From an uncultured bacterium (GTDB lineage: Bacteria > Auribacterota > Erginobacteria > Erginobacterales > Erginobacteraceae), in the NCBI GenBank assembly GCA_963822585.1, contig CAWGIE010000044.1, positions 1 to 18,236 on the forward strand: a stretch of DNA of 18,236 nt. The letters are read 5' to 3'. The position numbers and the translations under genes were made by a program. Positions 7,958 to 16,353 of this stretch are shown here, in pieces. The notes under the pieces were generated by a model that made no database searches, was not told where the DNA came from, and saw only the letters and a program-made list of their open reading frames with translations. The first letter of the stretch is position 1, and each line of letters begins with the position of its first letter.

Positions 7958-8079
7958 GACCGATGGTGGAAAATGCTAACGGGAGAACGGAGGAGGGATC
8001 GAGAGAAGTCAACCCTTCACCCATAGCTAAGGGTGATTACTATCGGAAAAAATCTCCCTTCCTTGGATAGTCTTTACAC

Positions 8080-8106
8080 TTAAATTTTTCCGCAGGAAAA
8101 ATTTAA
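8080..8106. repeat. A/T-tract palindrome overlapping the frr stop codon
   Basis: TTAAATTTTTCC-GCA-GGAAAAATTTAA. Confidence 0.9.
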
Positions 8107-8663
8107 ATACGCAGCAGTTCCTCTTCCTTCACTTTCAGGATCTGATCGAGCTCCTTGATATACTCGTCGGTTTTTTCCTGGATATCCTTCAGGGAACGAA
8201 ACTTTTCATCTTCCGGCAGAGAACCCGCCTTGAAGAGGGTTTCCAGTTCATGGTTGGCCTCGCGCCGGACGTTCCGGATCGCCACCCGCCCCTCTTCGCC
8301 GATATTTTTGATTACCTTGACCATGTCCAGCCTCCGCTCCTCACTCATCTCCGGGATGGGGATGCGGATGATCTTGCCGTCGTTCATCGGGTTTAAACCG
8401 ATATTGGCGCTCTGGATCGCTTTCTCCACCGCTTCCAGCGCGCCCGGGTCCCAGGGATGGACAACCAGGAGACGCGCTTCCGGCGCCGAGATGCCGGCCA
8501 GGTCACGCAGCCGGGTTTTGGTCCCATAATAATCAACGAGGACGTTCTCGACCAGCGCCGGAGAGGCCTTACCGGTCCGGATGGAGGAGAACTCGCTCTT
8601 GACCACATCCACCGACTTCATCATCTTCAGTTCGGCTTCTTCCATGATCTCTTCCAGTGTCAT
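8103..8663 (-). CDS. frr: Ribosome recycling factor
   Basis: IRTGKASPALVE, YYG, NIGLNPMNDG, SEERR, RVAIRNVRR; located after pyrH. Confidence 0.98.
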   Translation of the reverse strand: MTLEEIMEEAELKMMKSVDVVKSEFSSIRTGKASPALVENVLVDYYGTKTRLRDLAGISAPEARLLVVHPWDPGALEAVEKAIQSANIGLNPMNDGKIIRIPIPEMSEERRLDMVKVIKNIGEEGRVAIRNVRREANHELETLFKAGSLPEDEKFRSLKDIQEKTDEYIKELDQILKVKEEELLRI

Positions 8664-8685
8664 AATTTTTTCTCCGAAAAAATTA
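8663..8685. repeat. A/T-tract palindrome containing the frr SD
   Basis: Minus strand TAATTTTTTC-GGA-GAAAAAATTA followed by TG; the last base of the arm is the A of ATG. Confidence 0.85.
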
Positions 8686-8755
8686 GTTGAAAAGCTTCAT
8701 GCCGACATAAAAATCACATACCGAAAGCATGCATCGGTCAAAAAGACACAGGTTG

Positions 8756-9472
8756 TTATTTACTCATTATCGTCCCCAGGGGATCGCCCCGGAGAACCCG
8801 GGCCACGGAATTCTCTTCCCAGAAGTTAAACACGATCACCGGGATCTCGTTCTCCCGGGCCAGGGCGATGGCGGGCTGGTCCATAATCCCCAGATCGCGT
8901 TCCAGGGCCTCGGCATAGGAGACCCGGTCATACCGCCGGGCGGAGGGATCGGTTTTGGGATCGGCCGTGTAAATGCCATCGACCTTGGTCGCTTTCAGCA
9001 CCGCGGAGGCCCCGACATCGCAGGCCCGGAGGACCGCGGCGGTATCGGTGGAAACAAAGGGATTGCCGGTACCCCCGGAGAAGATTCCGACCGCGCCTTC
9101 GTCAAGCGCCTGACGGGCCGCGCGCGGGAGATAGGGGGCAGCCAGAGGGCCCAGTGAGAGCGAAGAGAAAAGCCTGACCGTGATCCCTGCCCTGCTTAGT
9201 GCGTCCCGGATGGCCAGGCTGTTGATCACGGTCGCCAGCATCCCCATCTGGTCGGCGGTGGTTCTTTCCAAAGCGCGGGCCGCGGCCAGCCGGCCCCGGA
9301 TCATATTCCCCCCGCCGGTGACGATCCCCAGCTGGGCGCCGGTTCTCACCCCCTCCCCGATCTTCCCGCTGACAAACTCCAGGGCGTCGGGATCGATCGC
9401 TTCACCGTCCCTCGGGCCCAGCGCTTCGCCGCTGATCTTGAGAATAACTCTTTTATATGCAGGTGGGGGCAT
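8756..9472 (-). CDS. pyrH: UMP kinase
   Basis: YKRVILKISGEAL, GGGNMIRG, ADQMGMLATVIN, GTGNPFVSTDTAA, KVDGIY. ATG at 9472 preferred over TTG at 9484. Confidence 0.97.
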   Translation of the reverse strand: MPPPAYKRVILKISGEALGPRDGEAIDPDALEFVSGKIGEGVRTGAQLGIVTGGGNMIRGRLAAARALERTTADQMGMLATVINSLAIRDALSRAGITVRLFSSLSLGPLAAPYLPRAARQALDEGAVGIFSGGTGNPFVSTDTAAVLRACDVGASAVLKATKVDGIYTADPKTDPSARRYDRVSYAEALERDLGIMDQPAIALARENEIPVIVFNFWEENSVARVLRGDPLGTIMSK

Positions 9473-9515
9473 ATCTATACCCAAAGGGATGGAACCAAAG
9501 ATAATGAATGATTAG

Positions 9516-9678
9516 ATTCTCAATTCCAAATCCTAAATCTTAAATTCTAAAACCTAAACAAATTCAAAATTCAAAACATTTTAATCATCACATACCATTG
9601 AGATAACGTTTTGAATTTGATGTTTCGATCATTTTATATTGTTTAGAATTTGGTACTTAGATATTAGGATTTGAGAAT
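9516..9678. repeat. Inverted degenerate heptamer-repeat element, copy 1 (MITE-like, no ORF)
   Basis: AAATCCT/AAATCTT/AAATTCT/AAAACCT tandem on the left, complementary runs on the right, terminal IR ATTCTCAA...TTGAGAAT; abuts the tsf stop. Confidence 0.8.
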
Positions 9679-10488
9679 TTATTCTCCCCCCAGCCGCCAA
9701 CGGACAAATCCCTTCAGTTCTACCGGGGCGCCGGCCGGGGCGGCCTGTTTGCTCACATAACCGGCCACGCTGATCTTATCGTCGCGGAGGAAGGGGGAAT
9801 CGAGAAGACAGAGTTCGGTCAGACGCTTGCGCCATTTCCCATCCACGATCTTAGCCTGAAAAGCCTCCGGTTTGTCCTTCACCTGCTGACGAAAAATCTC
9901 CCACTCCCGCTCCTTCACTTCCCCGGGGATATCGTCCTCGGAGAGATAGGCCGGATTGCAGGCCGCCACCTGCATGGCGATCTCGCCGGCCAGAGCCGGG
10001 AATTCCCCGGACAGTTCCACCAGGGCGGCCACCCGGTTGTTGTGATGGAGATAGCCGCCGATAAAACCTTCCTTTTCCCAGTGGAGGCTCCGGCCAACGG
10101 TTATTTTCTCGCCGATGGTCGCGGCCAGGTCCGATATGCGTCCCGCGACTTCTTCGCTCTCCAGGGCATCGCTTCCCTGCTCCAGGAGAAGTTCGACCAG
10201 GTCGTCCGCCAGTTTGACAAAGTCATCCGTCCTGGCCACGAAATCCGTTTCGCAGTTTAACTCGAGGAGGGCCGCTTTCTTCCCGTCAGGAGCGATCCGG
10301 AGCCTGATCAACCCTTCCCGGGCTTCCTTCCCCTCCCGCCGGGCCGCCTTGGCAGTGCCCTCGGCCCGAAGGATATCGATGGCTTGTTCCATGTCTCCCT
10401 CCGCTTGCTGGAGGGCTTTTTTGCAGGCCAGAATCCCGGCACCGGTCTGCTCCCGTAGTTCTTTCACCTGTTGTGAATCAATCTTCAT
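9679..10488 (-). CDS. tsf: Elongation factor Ts
   Basis: VKELREQTGAGILACKKAL, ELNCETDFVA, IAMQVAA; located between rpsB and pyrH. Confidence 0.98.
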   Translation of the reverse strand: MKIDSQQVKELREQTGAGILACKKALQQAEGDMEQAIDILRAEGTAKAARREGKEAREGLIRLRIAPDGKKAALLELNCETDFVARTDDFVKLADDLVELLLEQGSDALESEEVAGRISDLAATIGEKITVGRSLHWEKEGFIGGYLHHNNRVAALVELSGEFPALAGEIAMQVAACNPAYLSEDDIPGEVKEREWEIFRQQVKDKPEAFQAKIVDGKWRKRLTELCLLDSPFLRDDKISVAGYVSKQAAPAGAPVELKGFVRWRLGGE

Positions 10489-10509
10489 TATTTTGAATTA
10501 ACTCCCTTT

Positions 10510-10538
10510 ATAAATTAGTGCCTTCGGCGCTAATTTGT
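10510..10538. repeat. ATAAATTAG-family hairpin just upstream of the tsf SD
   Basis: ATAAATTAGTGCC-TTC-GGCGCTAATTTGT with two G-T pairs. Confidence 0.8.
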
Positions 10539-10697
10539 GTTTTGCACCAGGCCTATTCTGATTCTATTAAGGCAATACCAATAACTGAAAATACTCCAGG
10601 GATGTTGCTTTAACACTGGCATGCTCTCATTTTTTCGCCCACCCCAAATATTAATCGGGAAGAAAAAATAAGATTGCTGAGATGCCGCAACGGCGAA

Positions 10698-11603
10698 TTA
10701 CTCTTCCGCCATATCTTTCGGGGAATCCTCATTCTTATCGAGGATCTCCCCGGAAGCTTCCGGAGCCGACACCGGCTCGACGGCTGGTTCTTCCGGGGAA
10801 ACCGATTCTCCAGCCGGCCTTTCTTCCGCGGGCGGGGAGGCGGGCGCTTCCTTCTTCTTTTTGCGAGATGAGGTCCGGGGTTTCCCCGTCGGTTCCTTCT
10901 TTCCTTCCACTCGCTTCTTGCGCAACTCGACGCCTTCCCCTATCGCCTCGACAATCTTGGATATGATAAGCTTGGTTGACCGGATGCCGTCATCATTGGA
11001 GGGAATGGGGAAATCGACCAGGGACGGATCACAATTAGTGTCAACCAGAGCAATGATGGGGATATTCAGCTTCCGGGCCTCACGGACAGCATTCAACTCC
11101 CGGCCGATATCGATGACCACGATCAACCCCGGCAGTTTCTCCATCGTCCGGATCCCGTCAAGATTACGGTGGAGCTTGTGTTCTTCCCGGCGAAGGGAGG
11201 CCACTTCTTTCTTGGATCGTCCTTCCAGGGCGGATTCATTACGCAGCGACTCCAGTTCGGTCAGGCGGTTGATACTGAGACGGATGGTCTGAAAATTGGT
11301 CAAAGCACCCCCCAGCCAACGATCCACCACATAGTGCATCTTTACCCGCTCAGCGGCCTCTTTCAGGATCTCCCGGGCCTGTTTTTTCGTGCCCACCAGG
11401 AGTATATCCTCTCCGCTGGCCACGGTCTCCCGGATAATATCCAGGGCGGCTTTCAGAAGCCGCAGACTTTTCCGAATATCGATAATGTGAATCTTGTTCC
11501 GGGATTCAAAAATGTAATCTTCCATTTTGGGGTTCCATCTTCTGGTCTGATGGCCGAAATGGACGCCCGCGTCAAGCAGTTCTTTGATCGTTACCGAAAT
11601 CAC
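10698..11603 (-). CDS. rpsB: 30S ribosomal protein S2 with charged C-terminal extension
   Basis: LLDAGVHFGHQTRRWNPKM, VGTKKQA, RWLGGALTNF, VDTNCDP; GTG start with AAGGAGG SD. Confidence 0.98.
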   Translation of the reverse strand: MISVTIKELLDAGVHFGHQTRRWNPKMEDYIFESRNKIHIIDIRKSLRLLKAALDIIRETVASGEDILLVGTKKQAREILKEAAERVKMHYVVDRWLGGALTNFQTIRLSINRLTELESLRNESALEGRSKKEVASLRREEHKLHRNLDGIRTMEKLPGLIVVIDIGRELNAVREARKLNIPIIALVDTNCDPSLVDFPIPSNDDGIRSTKLIISKIVEAIGEGVELRKKRVEGKKEPTGKPRTSSRKKKKEAPASPPAEERPAGESVSPEEPAVEPVSAPEASGEILDKNEDSPKDMAEE

Positions 11604-11616
11604 AGTTCCTCCTTTT

Positions 11617-11654
11617 TATTTTTTTGCCGCGGCAGCTGCCGCGGCAAAAAAATA
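11617..11654. repeat. Perfect 38-bp palindrome in the rpsB leader
   Basis: TATTTTTTTGCCGCGGCAG|CTGCCGCGGCAAAAAAATA. Confidence 0.9.
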
Positions 11655-11715
11655 TTTGTTTATTACTTTATAATTATCTACACAGAAACAAAATACATGC
11701 CTAAACAGGAAGGTT

Positions 11716-11743
11716 ACTATAACAAAGAATCGGTGCTGAGCAA
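11716..11743 (-). promoter_or_regulatory. Candidate sigma70 promoter for rpsB-tsf-pyrH-frr
   Basis: Minus strand TTGCTC-16nt-TATAGT with TGn extended -10. Confidence 0.45.
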
Positions 11744-11790
11744 GAGTATTTTGCCGTGGAGAATGACCCGGAAAGGGCTGTCCAGGCGAC

Positions 11791-12462
11791 TTATGCCCCC
11801 TCGCTCACCACCGCTTCCGCCTGGCGGTCCGCCCATCGCAGGCGGCGGCGCAATTCTTTCCGCAGATTATCCCGTTCCATATCGTTCATGTTCCTTCCCG
11901 CCGTGAGCGGCTCCGCGAAGACGAGTCTGATCCGGGAACCGGGCAGGGGGAGACGGAAATGGTCCCAGCTTTTCCGAAAAACAATCCGGAGTGAACTGGC
12001 GTAAGATGCGGGAACGATCGGCAGGCCGGCCATCGAGGCCAGGGTGATAATGCCGTCCTGGACCTGGTAACGGGGGCCCCGAGGCCCGTCGGGGGTGATG
12101 GCCGCATCCCAGTCTTCCTTGAGAAGCCGGAGCAGGGCAAGCATCGCCTTTCTTCCTCCCCGGCTGCTGGAGCCGCGGATGGACTTGAACCGGTACCGGT
12201 CGAGAAATTTTCCCACCAGCTCGCCGTCCCTGCTCTGACTGACGATGACCGCGATCCGCTCTTTCCGGAAGTGATGCCGGTAACAATAGGGCATCATGAT
12301 GAAGCGGTTGTGCCAGAAGGCGAAGATTATGTGACGGCCGGCACGGAAAAGCTCCCGGACCGGTTCTTCCCCCCGGATATCCCAGTGGGACGTGAGACCG
12401 ACCAGGCGGACGTAACCGGCGGCCAGAAACGAAGCCAGTGATGCGACTTTATCTGATGGCAT
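11791..12462 (-). CDS. DUF374 / lysophospholipid acyltransferase family protein
   Basis: IFAFWHNR, VSQSRDGE, IRGSSSRGG, ITPDGPRGP, KSWD; lipid A gene context. Confidence 0.9.
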   Translation of the reverse strand: MPSDKVASLASFLAAGYVRLVGLTSHWDIRGEEPVRELFRAGRHIIFAFWHNRFIMMPYCYRHHFRKERIAVIVSQSRDGELVGKFLDRYRFKSIRGSSSRGGRKAMLALLRLLKEDWDAAITPDGPRGPRYQVQDGIITLASMAGLPIVPASYASSLRIVFRKSWDHFRLPLPGSRIRLVFAEPLTAGRNMNDMERDNLRKELRRRLRWADRQAEAVVSEGA

Positions 12463-12474
12463 GATGTTCGCTTA

Positions 12475-12528
12475 TTTAAAATATCCGCGAGTCCCGGACG
12501 ATCGGCCGGGACCCGCGGATATTTTAAA
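12475..12528. repeat. 54-bp palindrome (2 mismatches) overlapping the msbA stop
   Basis: TTTAAAATATCCGCG-A-GTCCCGG-A-CGA|TCG-G-CCGGGAC-C-CGCGGATATTTTAAA. Confidence 0.9.
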
Positions 12529-14335
12529 GATTGAATTGCATCTCGTAGAGCTTCTTGTAGGGACCTTCCTCCTGGATCAATTCTTCGTGGGAACCCACCT
12601 GTACGATCTTTCGATCATCCAGAACAATGATGCGACTCGCGTCTTTGATGGTGGAAAGGCGGTGAGCAATCACGAAAACCGTCCGGTGAACCATCAGGCG
12701 GGCAATCGCCTCCTGGACCAGCCTTTCCGACTCGGCGTCGAGGGCCGAGGTTGCCTCATCCAAAATCAGTATCGGCGGGTCCTTGAGAATCGCCCGGGCG
12801 ATCGCCAACCGCTGGCGTTCACCTCCAGAGAGCATGAAACCCCGCTCCCCGACGGTGGTATCATATCCATGGGGCAGCCTCGCGATGAACTCCTGAGCGT
12901 TGGCCATTTGGGCGGCATTCTCGATCTTATCCCGGGAGGTTCCCTGCATCCCGTAGGCGATATTCCGGGCCACGGTGTCATTAAAGAGGATGATCTCCTG
13001 GGTGACGATCCCGGTCTGCCCACGGATGGATTTCAGCGTTACATCCCGGAGATCGTGGCCATCGATCAACACCCGCCCGGCGGTCGGGTCGTAAAAGCGG
13101 GGGATCAGGTTGACCATGGTACTCTTGCCGGAACCGCTCGATCCCACAATCGCCAGCACTTCACCCCGTTTTACCTCTAACTGTATTCCTTCCAGGACCA
13201 TCTTGTCGCCGTTATAGGAGAAAGATACATCGTCGAACCATACGGAACCCTGGAAATCGGGGAGGTTGATGGCGTCGGGGCGCTCGATGATGCTGCTCTT
13301 CATGTTCAACACGGATCGTATCCGGTCGGCGGCGGCGGCCGAACGCTGGATCAGGTTGTTGGCTTTCCCGATCTGCTTGATCGGCCGGGGAATCGAACCC
13401 AGGCAGACGAGATAGAGGATAAAAACCCCCCCCGATCCCATGTCGCCGCTGAGCATGGCTTTCCCCATGAACAGGAAAACGACCGCCGAGGCCATCATGA
13501 CCACGAACTCGGTAATGGGTGAGAGAATCGCGTCACGGCGGGCCATCCGCATCATGATCCGGTAAAACCTGTTGTTGTGACGGTCGAAGCGGCGCGCCTC
13601 GTATGCTTCCATGGAAAAGGCCTTGACGACCCGAATCCCGGAAATCGTTTCCTGGAGCAGAGAACTGATGGTCCCGATCTTCTCCTGTGAGTAGGAAGAC
13701 AGCTTTTTAATGATGTTCCCGATAATGACGACGGGCGGCATAATGATGGTGAAGATCGCGAAGACAAGCAAAGACAGTTCCCAACGGATAATAAAAGGAA
13801 CGGAAAGATAGAGCGCGAGATCGAAAAAATTTTTCAGTAACCGGGTAACGCCGTCGGCGACGCCCTGGTGAAGGATTTCGGCGTCGAAGGTGATCCGGGC
13901 CATCAGTTCACCGGTTTTCTGTTCACTGAAGTAATCAAGGGAAAGGTTCTGGAGATGAGAGTAGAGGCGGGTGCGGGCATTACGGACCACGCTGTTGCCG
14001 ATAAACTCCAAAGTGACGTCACAGAAATATTGAAAGACTCCCCGCAAAAGAACCGATACGATGACGAAGGAGAGCAGGTAAAAAAGCAGTTTTTGATTGG
14101 GCATATTGTTCACCCAGACCGCGAAGTGGTCGACGAGGCTCTGCAGCCAGGTGGGGAGAGGGATGGAGATCTGGGGGATGAAGGGATCTCCTTCGACGAT
14201 CTTCGACCAGAAGGGAACGATCGCGGCGAAGTTTCCTCCCATGGTAGTGGTGATGAGCATCGAGAGGAAAACAGCGATGACCAGGAAAAACCAGTAGCGG
14301 CGCGTGAGTTTCAGTAATGTCAGGTATGACTTCAT
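12524..14335 (-). CDS. msbA: Lipid A export ABC transporter (TMD+NBD), MsbA-like
   Basis: N-terminal TM domain, Walker A GSSGSGKS, signature LSGGERQR, Walker B LILDEATSALD, IAHRLST; downstream of lpxB. Confidence 0.85.
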   Translation of the reverse strand: MKSYLTLLKLTRRYWFFLVIAVFLSMLITTTMGGNFAAIVPFWSKIVEGDPFIPQISIPLPTWLQSLVDHFAVWVNNMPNQKLLFYLLSFVIVSVLLRGVFQYFCDVTLEFIGNSVVRNARTRLYSHLQNLSLDYFSEQKTGELMARITFDAEILHQGVADGVTRLLKNFFDLALYLSVPFIIRWELSLLVFAIFTIIMPPVVIIGNIIKKLSSYSQEKIGTISSLLQETISGIRVVKAFSMEAYEARRFDRHNNRFYRIMMRMARRDAILSPITEFVVMMASAVVFLFMGKAMLSGDMGSGGVFILYLVCLGSIPRPIKQIGKANNLIQRSAAAADRIRSVLNMKSSIIERPDAINLPDFQGSVWFDDVSFSYNGDKMVLEGIQLEVKRGEVLAIVGSSGSGKSTMVNLIPRFYDPTAGRVLIDGHDLRDVTLKSIRGQTGIVTQEIILFNDTVARNIAYGMQGTSRDKIENAAQMANAQEFIARLPHGYDTTVGERGFMLSGGERQRLAIARAILKDPPILILDEATSALDAESERLVQEAIARLMVHRTVFVIAHRLSTIKDASRIIVLDDRKIVQVGSHEELIQEEGPYKKLYEMQFNL

Positions 14336-14336
14336 T

Positions 14337-14393
14337 ATAAATTAGCGGCTTCGCCGCTACTTTATGTGGACCCCGATTAATCTAATCGGGGTC
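14337..14393. repeat. Two adjacent hairpins immediately upstream of the msbA start
   Basis: ATAAA-T-TAGCGGC-TTC-GCCGCTA-C-TTTAT (14337-14365) and GACCCCGATTA-ATC-TAATCGGGGTC (14369-14393). Confidence 0.85.
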
Positions 14394-14591
14394 TGTTGGT
14401 TAAACTAAAATAATCCCATGAAGGCAATCGCATAAAAAGCCTTCCTACCATTTGCCGACATGCTCCTCCTTGGGCACGATTTTTTGTTAGCTTGAAGTAT
14501 ACAGCTTTTATTTTTTTCAAAAAAATATTACTATTGAAATTCCGAATAGGGAACTCGGCTCGCTGCACTCAGGGAATTGTACCGGATAGTC

Positions 14592-14626
14592 CCATCACTC
14601 CAATATTCCATCATTCCATTACTCCA
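14592..14626. repeat. Degenerate octamer tandem repeat (4 units)
   Basis: CCATCACT CCAATATT CCATCATT CCATTACT CCA. Confidence 0.75.
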
Positions 14627-14665
14627 CTTTTCTCTCCATTTCGTCTCGGGCCTGCGTAAAACTCC

Positions 14666-15826
14666 TTATCCTTGTTCCCGAACCGGGTGATCTACCGCCT
14701 CCAGGACGGCCCGGGCGGCGCGGCGAAATGATCCCGGTTCCCCCAGTTTTTCGCTGACCGCCGCCAGTTTCCGGATCATCTTCTCCCTGATCTCGGGCCG
14801 GGTGAGAATCTCGACCGCCTCCCGGGCGATCCGATCCGGCCGGGCCTGATACTGGATAAACTCCGGAGCTATCTTCTCCCCCCCCACGATATTAACCAAT
14901 CCGATGAAAGGTATTTTAATCAGCATCCGGGCGAAAAACCAACTGAAAAAGCTCAGCCGGTAAACGACGATCATCGGGGTATGGAAGACCGCCGCCTCCA
15001 GGGTGACGGTCCCCGAGGCCATGATGAGCAGGTCGGAGGCGGGAAGTACTTCCTGCCCGCTCTCTTCCAGCAACTCAAGTTCGACCGGTATTCCCCGAAT
15101 GATCTCCTCGATCGCCGGGCGCAGTTCAGGGGAGGCGATCGGGAGAAGAAAAACGGCGGTCGGGAAGCGGTTACGGAGCAGCCGGGCGGTCTCCAGCAGG
15201 AGGGGCAGAATCTTTTCGATTTCCAGCTTCCGGGAACCCGGCAGAAGCCCGATGACCGGCGAGCCTTCGACACCCAGGCGCTTCCGGCAGATTTCCTTAT
15301 CCAGACTCCGATCGAGCGTCCCCACCAGGGGGTGGCCGACGAATTCGGCCGCGATCCCATGGGCGCCGTAGAAATCCTTCTCAAAAGGGAAGATGACCAG
15401 CATCCGGTCGACGAAACGCCTGATCTTTTTCACCCGCCAGCGGCCCCAGGCCCAGAGCTGCGGGCTGATGTAGTAAATAACCTTTACCCCCCGGCGGTGT
15501 GCTTCCCGGGCAAACCGGATGTTGAAACCCGGATAATCGATCAGGACCACGGCGGCGGGGCGGCGCTTTTCCATGATCGCGACCAGATGTTTGAATATCC
15601 TCCGGTAACGCCCGATATCTTTATATACCTCCCAGAAACCGACCACGCCGGTTTTGCCGATCCGCTGGATCAGTTCTACACCGGCATTGGCCATCCGGGA
15701 TCCGCCCATGCCGAAAAGCTTTATCCCGGGGGCGAGTTCCCGTATCTCACGACAGAGGTGGGCGCCGTGAATGTCGCCCGACGTCTCCCCGGCGACGACC
15801 ATGATGCTGAGGTGATTCCCGGTCAT
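14666..15826 (-). CDS. lpxB: Lipid-A-disaccharide synthase
   Basis: VAGETSGDIHGA, IDYPGFN, YYISPQLWAW, IFPFE, VGHPL, LLPGSR, SGTVTLE. Confidence 0.97.
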   Translation of the reverse strand: MTGNHLSIMVVAGETSGDIHGAHLCREIRELAPGIKLFGMGGSRMANAGVELIQRIGKTGVVGFWEVYKDIGRYRRIFKHLVAIMEKRRPAAVVLIDYPGFNIRFAREAHRRGVKVIYYISPQLWAWGRWRVKKIRRFVDRMLVIFPFEKDFYGAHGIAAEFVGHPLVGTLDRSLDKEICRKRLGVEGSPVIGLLPGSRKLEIEKILPLLLETARLLRNRFPTAVFLLPIASPELRPAIEEIIRGIPVELELLEESGQEVLPASDLLIMASGTVTLEAAVFHTPMIVVYRLSFFSWFFARMLIKIPFIGLVNIVGGEKIAPEFIQYQARPDRIAREAVEILTRPEIREKMIRKLAAVSEKLGEPGSFRRAARAVLEAVDHPVREQG

Positions 15827-15838
15827 GTTATCTGTTTT

Positions 15839-15869
15839 ATAAATTAGCTCGCTTCGCTCGCAAATTTAT
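15839..15869. repeat. ATAAATT-family hairpin upstream of lpxB
   Basis: ATAAATTAGCTCGC-TTC-GCTCGCAAATTTAT; the minus-strand core reads GCGAGCGAAGCGAGC. Confidence 0.75.
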
Positions 15870-16072
15870 GTAGGATCGTCCTTCACTCCGTTCAGGACTT
15901 GCCGGAGATGTAGGAAATGTAGTATCGCCTTGCCTGCGGCAAGGCTTGCTGCCCCACAAGCGAAGCGATCCTACAATTCCTACAAAGAATGCCGAAGGCA
16001 TTCTGATCCTACAAGTCCTGTCGCAGACCCTAAGCTTGCCGAAGGGAAGCGCAGCGAAAGGACGATACTTCA
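15869..16072. repeat. Array of five TGTAG(G/T)ATC-[variable hairpin]-TTG units, two forward and three reverse (REP/BIME-like)
   Basis: Forward units at 15869-15901 and 15918-15948; reverse units at 15957-15975, 15983-16013 and 16012-16072; empty TGTAGGAA units at 15909 (forward) and 15977-15984 (reverse). Confidence 0.8.
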
Positions 16073-16146
16073 CTGCCGGTTCTCTTCCTTTGAAATTCCG
16101 AAGCAGGTGCTTAATTAATGCCTATTCGGAAAGCTCATAAGCTTTT

Positions 16147-16292
16147 AAATCCTAATATCTAAATACTAAATCCTAAACAATATCAAATGACCCAAACTAA
16201 AAAATCCAAAACAATGAGGCTAAAACCGGCAAAATTTGGAATATTTGGTCGTTCGGATTTATTTAGGATTTAGATATTAGGATTTAGGATTT
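16147..16292. repeat. Inverted degenerate heptamer-repeat element, copy 2 (inverted relative to copy 1)
   Basis: Left arm AAATCCTAATATCTAAATACTAAATCCTAAACAATATCAAATGA aligns with the reverse complement of the right arm of 9516-9678 (AAATCCTAATATCTAAGTACCAAATTCTAAACAATATAAAATGA). Confidence 0.8.
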
Positions 16293-16353
16293 GCGGCTCG
16301 AAATCCTTTTTGAGCACGGTATCATGAGTGTGGATGCCGGGGCACTACCCCTT

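Noticed and set aside
10698..10920. Charged C-terminal tail of S2 as a novelty
   Set aside because: Low-complexity C-terminal extensions of S2 are common in many bacterial lineages.
15869..16072. CRISPR array interpretation
   Set aside because: The constant part is only about 9-12 nt, orientation is mixed, and the inserts are 7-49 nt and palindromic.
15837..16140. Short ORFs across the repeat array
   Set aside because: Incidental frames through palindromic repeats, with no SD or recognisable motifs.
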